A stretch of DNA of 64,000 nt from Planctomycetota bacterium (GTDB lineage Bacteria; Planctomycetota; UBA8108; SXIK01), in the NCBI GenBank assembly GCA_965223265.1, contig OZ244999.1:1472001-1536000 (forward strand), in the 5' to 3' direction. The position numbers and the translations under genes are program-made. The notes beneath the pieces were generated by a model, which made no database searches, was not told where the DNA came from, and saw nothing but the letters and a program-made list of their open reading frames with translations. This document shows, piece after piece, positions 20,401 to 30,200 of this stretch (position 1 is its first letter; each line of letters opens with the position of its first letter).

Positions 20401-22688
20401 GTCACCGACCGCACAGGCAGGCGAGAATCGCGCTCCGAGGGCGGTGCATCGCCCACGCCGACCGCCACGACGTCCTCGAAGCTCCCGCCTTGGAGGACGA
20501 CGTTCTCCACCCCGCAGGAGATGCGAACTGGCGCGTCGGTCTCGCAGTCGACCAGCTGGACGCTGCGCGTACGTAGGTTCGGTTTGACGGCGCGAACACG
20601 CGTGCCCGGCGTCGTTGTGACGATGAAGCCTGCGCCAGTCAAGTTTCGTGCTTTACAGCGCACGAACGTTACGTCGGTGACGTTCAACGGCCAGCGATAC
20701 TCATGATGACGCACGTAGTATCCCGTGCCCGTGCCGCCGAGGTTCTCAACAAGGCAATCTTCCAGCAAGACGCGTGCTGCACCCTCCTCAATCTCCCAAG
20801 CCTTCACACAGCGAGGTGTATCGATGGCTCGACAGCGAATGAAGCGGATGTCCGTACACGAACCGTCGATACCTCGACCCGAGGCACCGAACGCGTCATG
20901 GTCCCAGTTGGTGACAGTGACGTCGACAGCGACGCAGTCGCGACTCCCCGGACCAAACGTGACGCCCGAGTAGGTGTCGACAATCGTCAGATCCTTGAGC
21001 ATCACGTTGTGCGCGTTGCCGCACCACACGCCACGCGGATGACCGCCGCGACGATCCTGTGGTTGACGGCGGTAGTTGCCATCGATCACGAAGCCTTCGA
21101 TTTTGACGTTTTCGACGACCGGCAGGGCGGGTCCCGAGCGCACTCCCTCCACCGCTTCACCGACGCGGATCGTGTCCATACGGCCGGAGTCGTCTTTGAG
21201 CTTGATGGTCGCACCAGGTCCATAGAGGTGCATCCGATCCGAACGCACGTTGAGTGTGTCGGAGATCAGATAGAACTTGTCTGTCGGTGGAAAAACGATC
21301 CTGCCAGCACCGGCCTCGGATGCCTTGGCGAGCGCCGAGCGGAGGGCGGGTAAGTCATCCGTGATCCCATCGCCGACGGCACCGAAGTCCCTGACGTTGT
21401 AGTCGGCGGGCTGCGGTGGCATAGGTGGGGAGATCGGTGCGAATGCGCCCATGTAGGTCGAGTCTTTGCCGCCGCGAGCTGCCGGCGAATCGTGAGGTAT
21501 GCGCAGGAAGTACGGACCGTGCGGATTGCGCGAGATGAACAGCGGATCGACCTGGAGGTCACGCGCACCTGGCTCTCCACGGCTGCCTCCGTTCCATCCT
21601 TCGCCGTACGCCTCAGCGGCGTGCCAGATGTTGTTGTGATCGCCGTTACCGTTGCCACGCACGGCTGGTGTTCTGTTTGACGGCGACTCTGCGACGATGC
21701 AATTGGTGGCTATGAGCGTCCCGGGCGCTTCGGCGTAGAGCGCGCCGTAAGTGTGGATGGCGTAAATCGTCGAGCGATCGACTCGGACGTGAGCTGGGCT
21801 CTTGCCGCCCGCAGAGAAGATTCCATGAAACGACTCGTAGACGACACAGTTGACGATCTGGATGTCGTTCGACTGTCGCGCCGCAATGCCATTGGCCTGG
21901 CGACTGCGAATCCGACAATTCTTAACAACGACGTTGTTGGCGCCAAAGAGCTTGATCCCATCATTGTCGCCGTTGATATCGCGGCCGGAGATGTCGATTT
22001 CGCAGCCATCGATGACAACATCAGCGACTCCGTGAAGCTCGACGCCTCCGGCGCCGTGGTTGCCGTCAGCGTGGTTCTCGACGGCGAGGTCCTTGATGAT
22101 GACGTGGGCGGTTCGCTCTTTTCGCCAGCCACCCAGACGTTTCACAGGAGCTAAGTTGAACGCGGTCGAGAGTAAGAGGGCGCGTTCGCCGACGGCGGAG
22201 CGATAGGTGATCGGTTTGCCTTCTTTTCCCGAGCGGCAAAACCAAAGCGGGCGATCTACATAGGTTCCGCCGGCCAGATACACCACGTCACCAGGGTCGA
22301 ACGAGTCGCCGCCGAGAATGGTCGCATCATAGACGAGTTCCTCTGGCTTGAGCGTCTGCTGGAACGGTTCCATCAGCACGAATGCATCGGCTGTCTTGGA
22401 CGAATACGCGCGAGTCTCTCCTGCTACCGTAATCTCTCCCGATGGCAGAAAGCCGTATGTGGAGAGGACGTAGAGGTGCGTATCACCGTCGCCATACTCG
22501 ACTCGAACGCGGCTTGGTTGGCCCCGCGAAGGAGAGGCCCACGCCGCTTCGCGCGACGTGCCGGCGGCGTGATCGTCGCCGTCGGGGGCGACCCAATAGT
22601 CGGCGCTCACCGCCGTGTCTGCCGCGGCGAGAAGGAGGACGAGAAGGAATGGTCGTCGACAGATGAGCTGTTCTTTCGAAGGCTTCAC
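17463..22688 (-). CDS. 1741-aa secreted multi-domain protein: beta-helix + pectate-lyase-3-like beta-helix + DUF4838 + alpha/beta hydrolase
   Basis: 'YWVAPDGDD..AGTS...AW' beta-helix start; 'YNVRDFGAVGDGITDD'; DUF4838-like 'HS...F.EHPEYFA...LC.SNPEV'; hydrolase 'ELRGHGDS...GHSIGG'. Confidence 0.8.
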   Translation of the reverse strand: MKPSKEQLICRRPFLLVLLLAAADTAVSADYWVAPDGDDHAAGTSREAAWASPSRGQPSRVRVEYGDGDTHLYVLSTYGFLPSGEITVAGETRAYSSKTADAFVLMEPFQQTLKPEELVYDATILGGDSFDPGDVVYLAGGTYVDRPLWFCRSGKEGKPITYRSAVGERALLLSTAFNLAPVKRLGGWRKERTAHVIIKDLAVENHADGNHGAGGVELHGVADVVIDGCEIDISGRDINGDNDGIKLFGANNVVVKNCRIRSRQANGIAARQSNDIQIVNCVVYESFHGIFSAGGKSPAHVRVDRSTIYAIHTYGALYAEAPGTLIATNCIVAESPSNRTPAVRGNGNGDHNNIWHAAEAYGEGWNGGSRGEPGARDLQVDPLFISRNPHGPYFLRIPHDSPAARGGKDSTYMGAFAPISPPMPPQPADYNVRDFGAVGDGITDDLPALRSALAKASEAGAGRIVFPPTDKFYLISDTLNVRSDRMHLYGPGATIKLKDDSGRMDTIRVGEAVEGVRSGPALPVVENVKIEGFVIDGNYRRQPQDRRGGHPRGVWCGNAHNVMLKDLTIVDTYSGVTFGPGSRDCVAVDVTVTNWDHDAFGASGRGIDGSCTDIRFIRCRAIDTPRCVKAWEIEEGAARVLLEDCLVENLGGTGTGYYVRHHEYRWPLNVTDVTFVRCKARNLTGAGFIVTTTPGTRVRAVKPNLRTRSVQLVDCETDAPVRISCGVENVVLQGGSFEDVVAVGVGDAPPSERDSRLPVRSVTIRNARVGQMKINAKTGNANAKLGDDDYPDYEPRIRLENVRWSKPPEITGNRDNVTIVDEPRSESPGESDQLLLVVDGRPASTIVVADDADWWQRMAAGWLQTYVERATGARLPLANESEAVGGTLISVGHTRLAASAGISTNDLKWDGCRLAVRGNVLYLLGRDSTGAGRGDPSPQKLRDFHELDPWSPDRIHGIKGSDLAGANGTCKAVVTFLESVCDVRWFMPFDQGIVVPKRDTLSVPRSFEKVVVPPFAYAIGSFLYGSPRLYPSAYANNLRYGIRLKTFGGHSWYHWVSKGLFQEHPEYFAMRDGKRTAEGNHLCTSNPEVQKLLLAGIRREFDNGYDWVQLGQSDGWKRCECERCEAMDNFKPWDQAVDGPDWHKWLHTTNRDNPVDRLHVVHNWVAEQCAISHPGRIVHYLAYIPTRWPSKSIDVYSPNVVAELCHDIPEMLEAWSNKVSAMTVYKIWWDMSWVYGHAPDVTPKEVADEVRKFHRLGVIGFFNGGDGNNWGLNGPVFYTLGRMLGDPTLDENELVREYCRGVYGGAGEAMIEFFRHLYGPVNGGERPLRRNRLQPDAPHAQVLHRRFPPTMTLKLDELIRKAESVGVIGAAADNLRMTRLQFDYLRLVSNMWSTYEAHQLIGSRESLLELKARVDAFEDYRQRVLFMDADDAALRFPDWGQLCKWLAGGSYWHAWKDAKNKIDLTNLRGRRVGYYAKIREPLNIDFSSLELLHGTVATPGGGRLGYHVRGGRGPTLVLIPGSWGDYKVFMDVLRRLDRSFHVVIVELRGHGDSQPPTIDGSMESFAADVLRVTDALDLDEFYVGGHSIGGMVSIELLKQRPQAILGAISIEGWTHHRVAKEAFGGTITSTLTPEQEKKRQANRARVLRGLTEQQIKAFASVWRRWDGSAILEHTKRPVLELWGDRGKNPPSREAMRIPVRDNIELVWLKGASHSLLIERPTEVARRINAFVARVEKKKSSR

Positions 22689-24649
22689 GGCTTCACTAAG
22701 ATTTTTCCCATCTTGCCAACGGCGCCGAAGACGACAGAGCCGTCGTACTGCCAGGACCAGACGTAACGATTGCCATCGGTAGCGCGATTGCGCACGAAGT
22801 TGGCGCGCACCTCTTCACCCTGCGGTGGTACACCGCCCAAGTCATCCCACGGAATCGCAAGCTCGACAAGGTAGCGATTCGCCTCGCGGCTTGTCGCTGC
22901 GGACACCTGGCTGTTCCAACGCTCTCCGTCAGTCTTGTCACCGTCGTAGATCACGCAAGCGGCATTGATCATCCACTGGCGAAAGTAGTTTGTGGCATCA
23001 CCGCTGCGGTGAACGAAAACCTCGATACCGTCATCGAGCCACAGATCGGCGTCACGGCCGCTAGCGGCTGTGCGCAGTCGGTCCATGCGCGGTTCGCGAC
23101 AATCGAAGGAAACGTAGAGCGCCCGATCGTCGTAGCAAAAGCGAACCCACGTGTGCCCGCCCTGACGCCGCGCCGGTTTTTGAAAGTGATGCACGATCTC
23201 GCTTCCAGGCAGCGACTGCCAACAATCGTCATCGAGTTTCCCATCCACGGCCGGGGGCGACGCGCAACGGCTCAGCGAGCTCGTGGACAGCTCGATCGGC
23301 CTTCGAGACTCCTCGAGCGCACGGAAATACTGTTTCGTCGTGAGCATGTGGATGGCGCCCGCAACCTGGGTGTCGGTCATAGCCAGTCGCGCGTCGGAAT
23401 CAACAACGTACAGGTCGCCGCCGACCTTTACGCTCGCGAGCTTTAGATCCGGCACATATTCATCCCGGCCGTCGAAGCCACGCGCAGCGTTGATCCGCAG
23501 GTCGCCGATCACCGACACGTTTTCGACAGACACCTTCTTTGTCGGCAGATGATTGAAGACGGCCTTCATCATGTCGTCGTGACGAAAGTGGTGCGGGTCG
23601 TCATAGTCTTTGTAGTACCCGATCGCGACGTGCTCGAAACGGCCACCGTCAATAACGACATTGTCTGGATTCATCTGCATCGCGAGGGTGCCATCTTCAG
23701 CCCGACAATCGACGAGGCGTATGTCGTTCACACGTTGATCCGCCGTCGCTGCTTGAATATTGAACGCTGCGTCCCCAGCGTCTTCGACTGTGCAGCGAAT
23801 CAGTTCGATATTGGCGGTGGCGAACTCGCCTCGACGTGAATGCGGGCGAATGTAGAAGCCGTTGGCGCTCGTATTCCGCGCGGTGCAATCGATCAATTTG
23901 ACGTGCTGCGCTCCCTCTTCGATCTCCCACGACTTGACGCGTGTGCCTGGAGGTCCGCCTTGGGCTCCGTTCAGAGCGTCCGCGGCGACACAGCGCCGAA
24001 ACACGACGTGGCTCGCTCCGCCACTGACGAAGCGCGGTGTGACACCGAATGCGTCGTGGTGGAACTGCGTCACGGTGACGTCGTTGATCTCGCAGTGATG
24101 CACGCCGAGGCCGATGGTGACGCCGACGAAAGGACGGCGGATCGCGACGCGTTCAATCTTGACGTCCCTCGCGTGCTCCACTTGAATAGCGCGCGTAATA
24201 CCTGCGACCTTGGCGCTCGCCTGCCAAGCGGCGCTGTTACCGGTTTGCCCCCAAAAATTGGCATCGATCACCAACCCCTCGAGGCGGACGTTTTTCACCG
24301 GCCGCTTCGGCGTGCCGCGGATCCAGACCACGTGCAGCAAATCTTCAGTCGCCGTGCGTCCGGTGGCTGAGCCGTCCTTCAAGTAGAGCGTGGCGCCGGC
24401 GCCAGCGATGACGAGATTGCTATGGCGCACATGGATCGAATCGGTGATCAGATAGTGCCCCTTTGTCGCAGGAATAACGATCGTGCCGCCACCTGCGGCA
24501 GCGGCATCACGAATCGCGGCAGCGATCGCCGGCGAGCAGTCGGTCGTGCCGTCGGGCTTCGCGCCGTACTTGGTGACGTCGAATTCACCTGCAAGACTTG
24601 TGAGGGGGCCGGAGACAATCGCTAGCAGGGAAATCCAAAAGGTCTTCAT
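22685..24649 (-). CDS. Secreted right-handed beta-helix enzyme with C-terminal CBM9-like domain
   Basis: 'FDVTKYGAKPDGTTD'; beta-helix repeats; 'PPAVDGKLDDDCW...YDDRALYV.F.C..DDGIEVF...ELAIPW' CBM9-like; overlaps the next gene. Confidence 0.8.
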   Translation of the reverse strand: MKTFWISLLAIVSGPLTSLAGEFDVTKYGAKPDGTTDCSPAIAAAIRDAAAAGGGTIVIPATKGHYLITDSIHVRHSNLVIAGAGATLYLKDGSATGRTATEDLLHVVWIRGTPKRPVKNVRLEGLVIDANFWGQTGNSAAWQASAKVAGITRAIQVEHARDVKIERVAIRRPFVGVTIGLGVHHCEINDVTVTQFHHDAFGVTPRFVSGGASHVVFRRCVAADALNGAQGGPPGTRVKSWEIEEGAQHVKLIDCTARNTSANGFYIRPHSRRGEFATANIELIRCTVEDAGDAAFNIQAATADQRVNDIRLVDCRAEDGTLAMQMNPDNVVIDGGRFEHVAIGYYKDYDDPHHFRHDDMMKAVFNHLPTKKVSVENVSVIGDLRINAARGFDGRDEYVPDLKLASVKVGGDLYVVDSDARLAMTDTQVAGAIHMLTTKQYFRALEESRRPIELSTSSLSRCASPPAVDGKLDDDCWQSLPGSEIVHHFQKPARRQGGHTWVRFCYDDRALYVSFDCREPRMDRLRTAASGRDADLWLDDGIEVFVHRSGDATNYFRQWMINAACVIYDGDKTDGERWNSQVSAATSREANRYLVELAIPWDDLGGVPPQGEEVRANFVRNRATDGNRYVWSWQYDGSVVFGAVGKMGKILVKP

Positions 24650-25084
24650 CGAAGTGCCATCAAGGTGTGCGTTATCGTCTCATCGAGTGTTGCCTACAGT
24701 TTGCATTGTATCCAAACAGACATGGGAGTAGTAGGAACGCTTCGCCCTGTTGCTGTGGGAGATAGAGCGCCCACTCAGGGATCTACATTCTCTGTAGGTC
24801 GTTGGCCTCGTCGTGGTGAATCGATTCCCGAACTGATGCATGCCGATGAAGCGTGAGCAAACCGGTGAGTCGAAGTTCTTATCGGTGCAAATTGCCGCAA
24901 GAAGTCACTATGCGCTTGTTCACGCAGCTATGGTCATGAATGATCTTGTTGCGTTGAATGAGATGCAGAGTTGTCATAGACTCGAGCGATAGCGAGATAT
25001 AGCTGTCTCGGTTGACTAACCTGAATACGACGTCGATAACTGGCGAAATCCGCGACGCTGGTTCACTCAGTTGAGGAAACGAAC

Positions 25085-25585
25085 ATGCAATCAATCGAAC
25101 TGATCCGCGACAACTTGAAGAAGAGTACTGATCGCGTGCTCCGGAGGATCGAAGAAATGCGGGAGCGCTCCATCGTCGCTCCGACGCCGAATGGTGGTTG
25201 CCATACGCTCTGGTTGGTTGGACACCTTGCCTACAGCGAGCAGCAGATCGTTCGTCACATCATGCTTGGCGACGCGAACCCGCTGAGCGACTGGAAGGAG
25301 CTCTTCGGGCATGGCAGCGAGCCGTCGAACGATGCTGGGAAGTATCCGCCGTTCGACGACGTTGTCGCTAAGTGCCGCGAAGTCAGAGAAGAGACATCCG
25401 CGCTACTCGATTCGCTCTCCGAGAGCGATCTCGACCGCCCGAGTGCAAACGTTCCGGAGGGCTACGAGAACATCTTTGGAACGTATCGACTTTGTCTTCA
25501 ATTTGCCGCGGATCACTGGTACATGCATCGCGGTCAAATGGCGGACGCGCGGCGCGCCGCCGGGCTCGACCGCACTGGGGCGTGA
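25085..25585 (+). CDS. DinB family protein
   Basis: 'HTLWLVGHLA' and 'H...HRGQ' metal-binding His pattern. Confidence 0.85.
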   Translation: MQSIELIRDNLKKSTDRVLRRIEEMRERSIVAPTPNGGCHTLWLVGHLAYSEQQIVRHIMLGDANPLSDWKELFGHGSEPSNDAGKYPPFDDVVAKCREVREETSALLDSLSESDLDRPSANVPEGYENIFGTYRLCLQFAADHWYMHRGQMADARRAAGLDRTGA

Positions 25586-26946
25586 TGCTGACGTATCTGA
25601 CCGAACGATCGCATGGCGCGACGGCGATGCGCTTGTGGTTGCAGGTGATCGGATACCTCGTGTTGTTGGCGTTTACTGCCTCCATCGTCAGGGCCGAACA
25701 CTGGCCGCAATGGCGTGGCCTGCGCGGCGATGGCAGCAGCCGAGAGGAGGGGATCCCGACACGCTGGAGTTCCACAGAGAACATCCACTGGAAGGTTAAG
25801 CTTCCGGGTCAGGGGCACGCCTCGCCCATCGTGTGGGGAGACCGCCTCTTCGTGGTGGCCGGCCTGCCGACCACCAACGAGCGTGTTCTCCTTTGCCTAG
25901 ATCGTTTGAGCGGCGATACGTTGTGGCAATCTACTGTATTGACCGCGCCGCTCGAGAAGATGCATGAACTGAACAGCTACGCCTCGGGTACGCCCGCGAC
26001 CGATGGCATGTTCGTCGTCGTCGCGTTTTTGGAGCCAGACGGCAGCGAAGTCGATGCGGCTGTCGTCCGTGCGCGGGCCGGCACACTACGTGCAAACAAC
26101 AAGGGCAAACCGGTCAGTCCCGGCAACATGGTGGTTGCTGCGTTTGACTTCGAAGGTCGACGCCGCTGGCTCGTCAGGCCGGGCCCCTACATCAGTGTCT
26201 GGGGCTTCTGCGCCAGCCCGGTTTTCTTTGGCGACAATGTGATCTTAAGCGGCGATCACGACGGCGACGCGTACCTTGTTGCACTCGATCGCCGCTCCGG
26301 CGAGACCGTCTGGAAGGTGCCGCGCCAGCACAGGATCCGCAGCCACTCAACGCCGATCATCCGCGAGATCGACGGGCGGACACAGTTGCTCATGTCAGGC
26401 GCGCACGAAATCGTTAGCTACAACCCAAGCGACGGCAGCGAGCACTGGCGGATCAACGGACCGCAAGGCCGCGCAGTCGCCTCCCTCGTCTACGATGGCA
26501 CGCATCTTCTTGTGCCGTGTGGCTACCCGAGCCGTCGCGTCTGGGCCGTCCGGCCCGACGGTCGTGGCGATGTTACTGACACCCACGTCGCGTGGCGCAT
26601 CAAACAGGCGTGTCCGTACGTGCCCTCGCCGGTCGTCGTGAACGGTTACTTTGTGATGGTCTCTGACAACGGTGTGGCGAGTTGCTACCGCGCGGCCGAC
26701 GGCGAGAAACTATGGATGGAACGCATTGGGCGACGGTACAGCGCGTCGCTGGTGTCAGTGGGTGAACTCATCTATTTTCTGTCCGACGATGGCGACACCA
26801 AGATCGTGCGTGCAGGAGAGACGTTTGACGTCGTCGCGGAGAACCCGTTGGCCGAACCGTGCTATGCCTCACCCGCGATCAGCCAGGGACAGATCTTCGT
26901 GCGCGGTGAGCGACGCCTCTTTTGCATCGGCCGTCCGCAACAATGA
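25585..26946 (+). CDS. PQQ-binding-like beta-propeller secreted protein
   Basis: 'EHWPQWRG', 'GHASPIVWG', 'ASGTPATDG', 'YASPAIS'; TGATG coupling to the DinB gene. Confidence 0.88.
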   Translation: MLTYLTERSHGATAMRLWLQVIGYLVLLAFTASIVRAEHWPQWRGLRGDGSSREEGIPTRWSSTENIHWKVKLPGQGHASPIVWGDRLFVVAGLPTTNERVLLCLDRLSGDTLWQSTVLTAPLEKMHELNSYASGTPATDGMFVVVAFLEPDGSEVDAAVVRARAGTLRANNKGKPVSPGNMVVAAFDFEGRRRWLVRPGPYISVWGFCASPVFFGDNVILSGDHDGDAYLVALDRRSGETVWKVPRQHRIRSHSTPIIREIDGRTQLLMSGAHEIVSYNPSDGSEHWRINGPQGRAVASLVYDGTHLLVPCGYPSRRVWAVRPDGRGDVTDTHVAWRIKQACPYVPSPVVVNGYFVMVSDNGVASCYRAADGEKLWMERIGRRYSASLVSVGELIYFLSDDGDTKIVRAGETFDVVAENPLAEPCYASPAISQGQIFVRGERRLFCIGRPQQ

Positions 26947-27256
26947 CCGAATTCATCGCCTGGGCGCGCTGCGGCCAGCGATCGCCGCGATCGACGGAGC
27001 GCCGAGTAGGATCGCTAGGAGGACCGACGTGAGAAGACGTCTCATGGGTTCGAGAATGCAGAGATGGGATTTGGGTTAGCCCTAGTTTTCGCTTGTCCGC
27101 GGTGGGCCTTGCTGGCGGCCGATCGTAGAAGATCACGCGTCTTCGCTCCGGATGAATTCGCTGCACCCGAGGAGCGCGCCGTAGTACGATCACCAAGACG
27201 ACCGAGAGAGTCACCTTAGCGAATCGGATGCTTGCTGCGAGGAGAGAGAACATCGA

Positions 27257-30200
27257 ATGACGCACGAGATAACGCTTGCCCCGAAAACTACAACACGCAG
27301 ACCACGCGGACGACTGAAAGGCGAGGCGATGAGCTTCGTTTTCTGCATCGCTACCCTGCTGGCTGGCACGACTTCTGGAAAGGTGAGCGGTTCCTTGCAG
27401 GACCCGGCGAAGAAGTGGTCGGTGGAACTGGGTGCACCGTACGCCTCGACGCCTCTGGTCTATCCCGCCGCGACGCCGGACAGTCTTGTCTTCGCGACCG
27501 GGGGCTACGTTGCGCGACTTGATGGCAGCGGCAAGATCATCTTCCGAGTCGCACTCGGGCCGGAGCTAGGACGCGGCGCGATGTTTCCAGCCTCCATTGG
27601 CGACGTGGACGGAGACTCCGTTGAGGAGATCATCGCCGGACGAAATGATGGTGTTGTCTTCGCGCTCGAGCCAACCGATGGACGAGTCCTCTGGGAGTGT
27701 CAGCTTCCCGAGCGGCTGACGAACTACGAATGGGCCGCCGCTGCTGACCTCGATGGAGACGGACGCGCCGAGGTGGTCGTGACGACAATGTACGGCTGGG
27801 TCTTCGCCGTGGACGACAGTGGCAAGCTCCTCTGGGGCGCCAAAATCGAAGCCTACCGCCCGTCCGCACCGGAGATCGCGGACATCGACTCGGACGGCGA
27901 GCCCGAAATCGTTTACGGCACGGCGACTCGCTATCTCATTGCCCTCGACTCGCGCGGGCGACTCGAATGGGCGAGCTTTCAGCCACCGCACCACCTAGGG
28001 CGCACGACGCCTCTCGTTGCCGATGCGGATGGTGATGGTCATGCGGAGGTCTATGGCATGTCTTCGATGCTGTCGCCGGAGAAGGGCCTCGTCTGCGTCA
28101 ACGGTGTCGATGGCTCTCTTAAATGGCACGGCCTCACGATCGGTAAGGCGTACGGCGGACGCGCGTTGACCCGATTCGGCGACGGCGCGGCTGGGATCCT
28201 CTCATGCGACAAGGGCGGCAACATCCACGCACAAAACCCCGATGGTTCGCTTCGCTGGCACAATCGATTGAGCGGCTCGGGCGTCTACAACCCTCCGGTT
28301 ACTGCTGACGTTGACGGCGACGGCGCATTCGAAATCGTCGCCACCGTGCGCGACACGTCGACCGATGGCAAAGGAAACAACTGGTACGTGCTCAACGCAA
28401 GTACCGGCGCTCTACGTGGTGCATGGCAGCATCCTAGCCGCGGCATCATGGGTGCTGCGGCGCTTGACATCGATCGTGACAAAGAGCTCGAGGTCGTGAT
28501 CTGCTCCAAGGAAGGGATCGTGACGGCTTACAGCTTCGGTGGTGCCGCGACGCCGCAGGCGACTGTTTTCCGCCACGCAAGAGAGCGTACCTTTCCGCTG
28601 CGCGTCGCCGGTAGTGGGGTGAAGGCTAAGGCGTCAGCGGACGTTCCAACGGTTCGACTCGCAGGTCAGGTTGCTGCGCCCCGCTTCGGGAAGAACTCCC
28701 TGCCGGTGACGCTGCCAGCGGGCGCCACCGACGAGTCAGCAGTCGAGCTCGAGGTCACAGCGCCGGGCGGCTACCGATCGCTGCAGGTGTTTCGTGCGCA
28801 GGGGCATAAGACTGAACTCGAGTGGCTCGCCCTGGCGTCAGGAGACTACGCGCTTTCGCTTCGCTGGCTCGATTTGTCGACAGGACGCAGCCTTGGCGCG
28901 GAGCATCTTCGCGCCTCGCTTCAGAGTGAAGGTACGCTGCGCCGAATCGCCGAGACGACCGTGAATCGACTGCGCGATCTGTCGGCCCGGTTGGACGACG
29001 CCGAGTTGACGCTTCTCCTCAAAGCTGCCGAGCTGGAGGCTCGATTCTCCGCCTTGTTCAGCAGCATCGACAGCGTCCGAGATGAGCCACTCGCCCGGAA
29101 GATCGAGGTTGCCGAGTCAGCTCAGAGCTGCGTCGTCGACGCGCGCCGGGGCGCTCAGGTCGCCGCGTTTTTCGAACGCGAGCACGCGGCCGGACGCTCG
29201 CCGAAGGTCGTCTGTTGGCAAGACTCCAACCCGTGGGATAACGTCAGTCCGCACGACGAGCTGCCAGAACAGGGCGAGCCACTGCGCATCGATACTTGGG
29301 CGTTGGGAAACGAAAAAGAGTCGGTCTGCGTCAACCTCTTGAATGTCTCAGCCACGCCTGTCACGCTGCGCGTCGATCCAGGGACGATTGCCGGCGAGGG
29401 GACACTTCCGAGCGTCTCGGAAGTCGCGACACTTCATCGCGTGCTGTGGCTACCGACCGTCGACGGAGAGCAGGTCGCAGATCTCCTACCGCGCTTGGGC
29501 GATGGGTACCTGTTGGATCTAGCCCCTGGTGAGGCGCGGCAGCTGTGGATTAACCTCTCGACCCGCAGTTTGGCGCCCGGAGCATATGAGCTGAATTGGC
29601 CTGTTCGAACGCTGGATCTCGATGCCGCAACCATCCAGATCCTCGTGCGGCTCGAAGTGTCGCCAGTCAGCTTGCCTGAGAAGAGCCGATTCTACTCCGG
29701 CTATTGGTCACAGAATCGCTTCGGCGATTTCAGCAGTGTCCCCGATCTGAACGATCACCTGCAAACCTTCTGGGACCGGGTTCCGGCACTACCTATCGCC
29801 AAGGTCGACGCCCGCGGACACTTAATCGGCGAGCTGGACTGGAGCGCGTGGGACGCGTTCCTCAGCGAAGTGCAGCAGCATGGCGTCATCCGACTACATC
29901 ACGTCCCCGTGCCCGCGTTTCCCGACGGCCTCCGCATCTCTGAGGAGCTCAAACTCGAGGCACAGCGCAACTACGTGCAGGCGTGGATGGCGCACATGGC
30001 GAAGTTCGGCCTTGGCTATCGCGACTTCGCATTTTACGTCGAGGACGAAACAGGTCTCCGCGGCACGCATGAGAACTTTATGCGTGGCGCGAAGCACATC
30101 AAGGAGATCGACCCGAAGCTGCAGGTGTACGCCAATCCGTGGGGGGCGATCACCAAGGCAATGTTACGCGACATGGCACCGGTGACCGACGTCTGGCAAC

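Noticed and set aside
24650-25084. Lower-GC intergenic stretch with short ORFs
   Set aside because: No recognisable RNA, repeat or coding signal; most likely a divergent promoter region.
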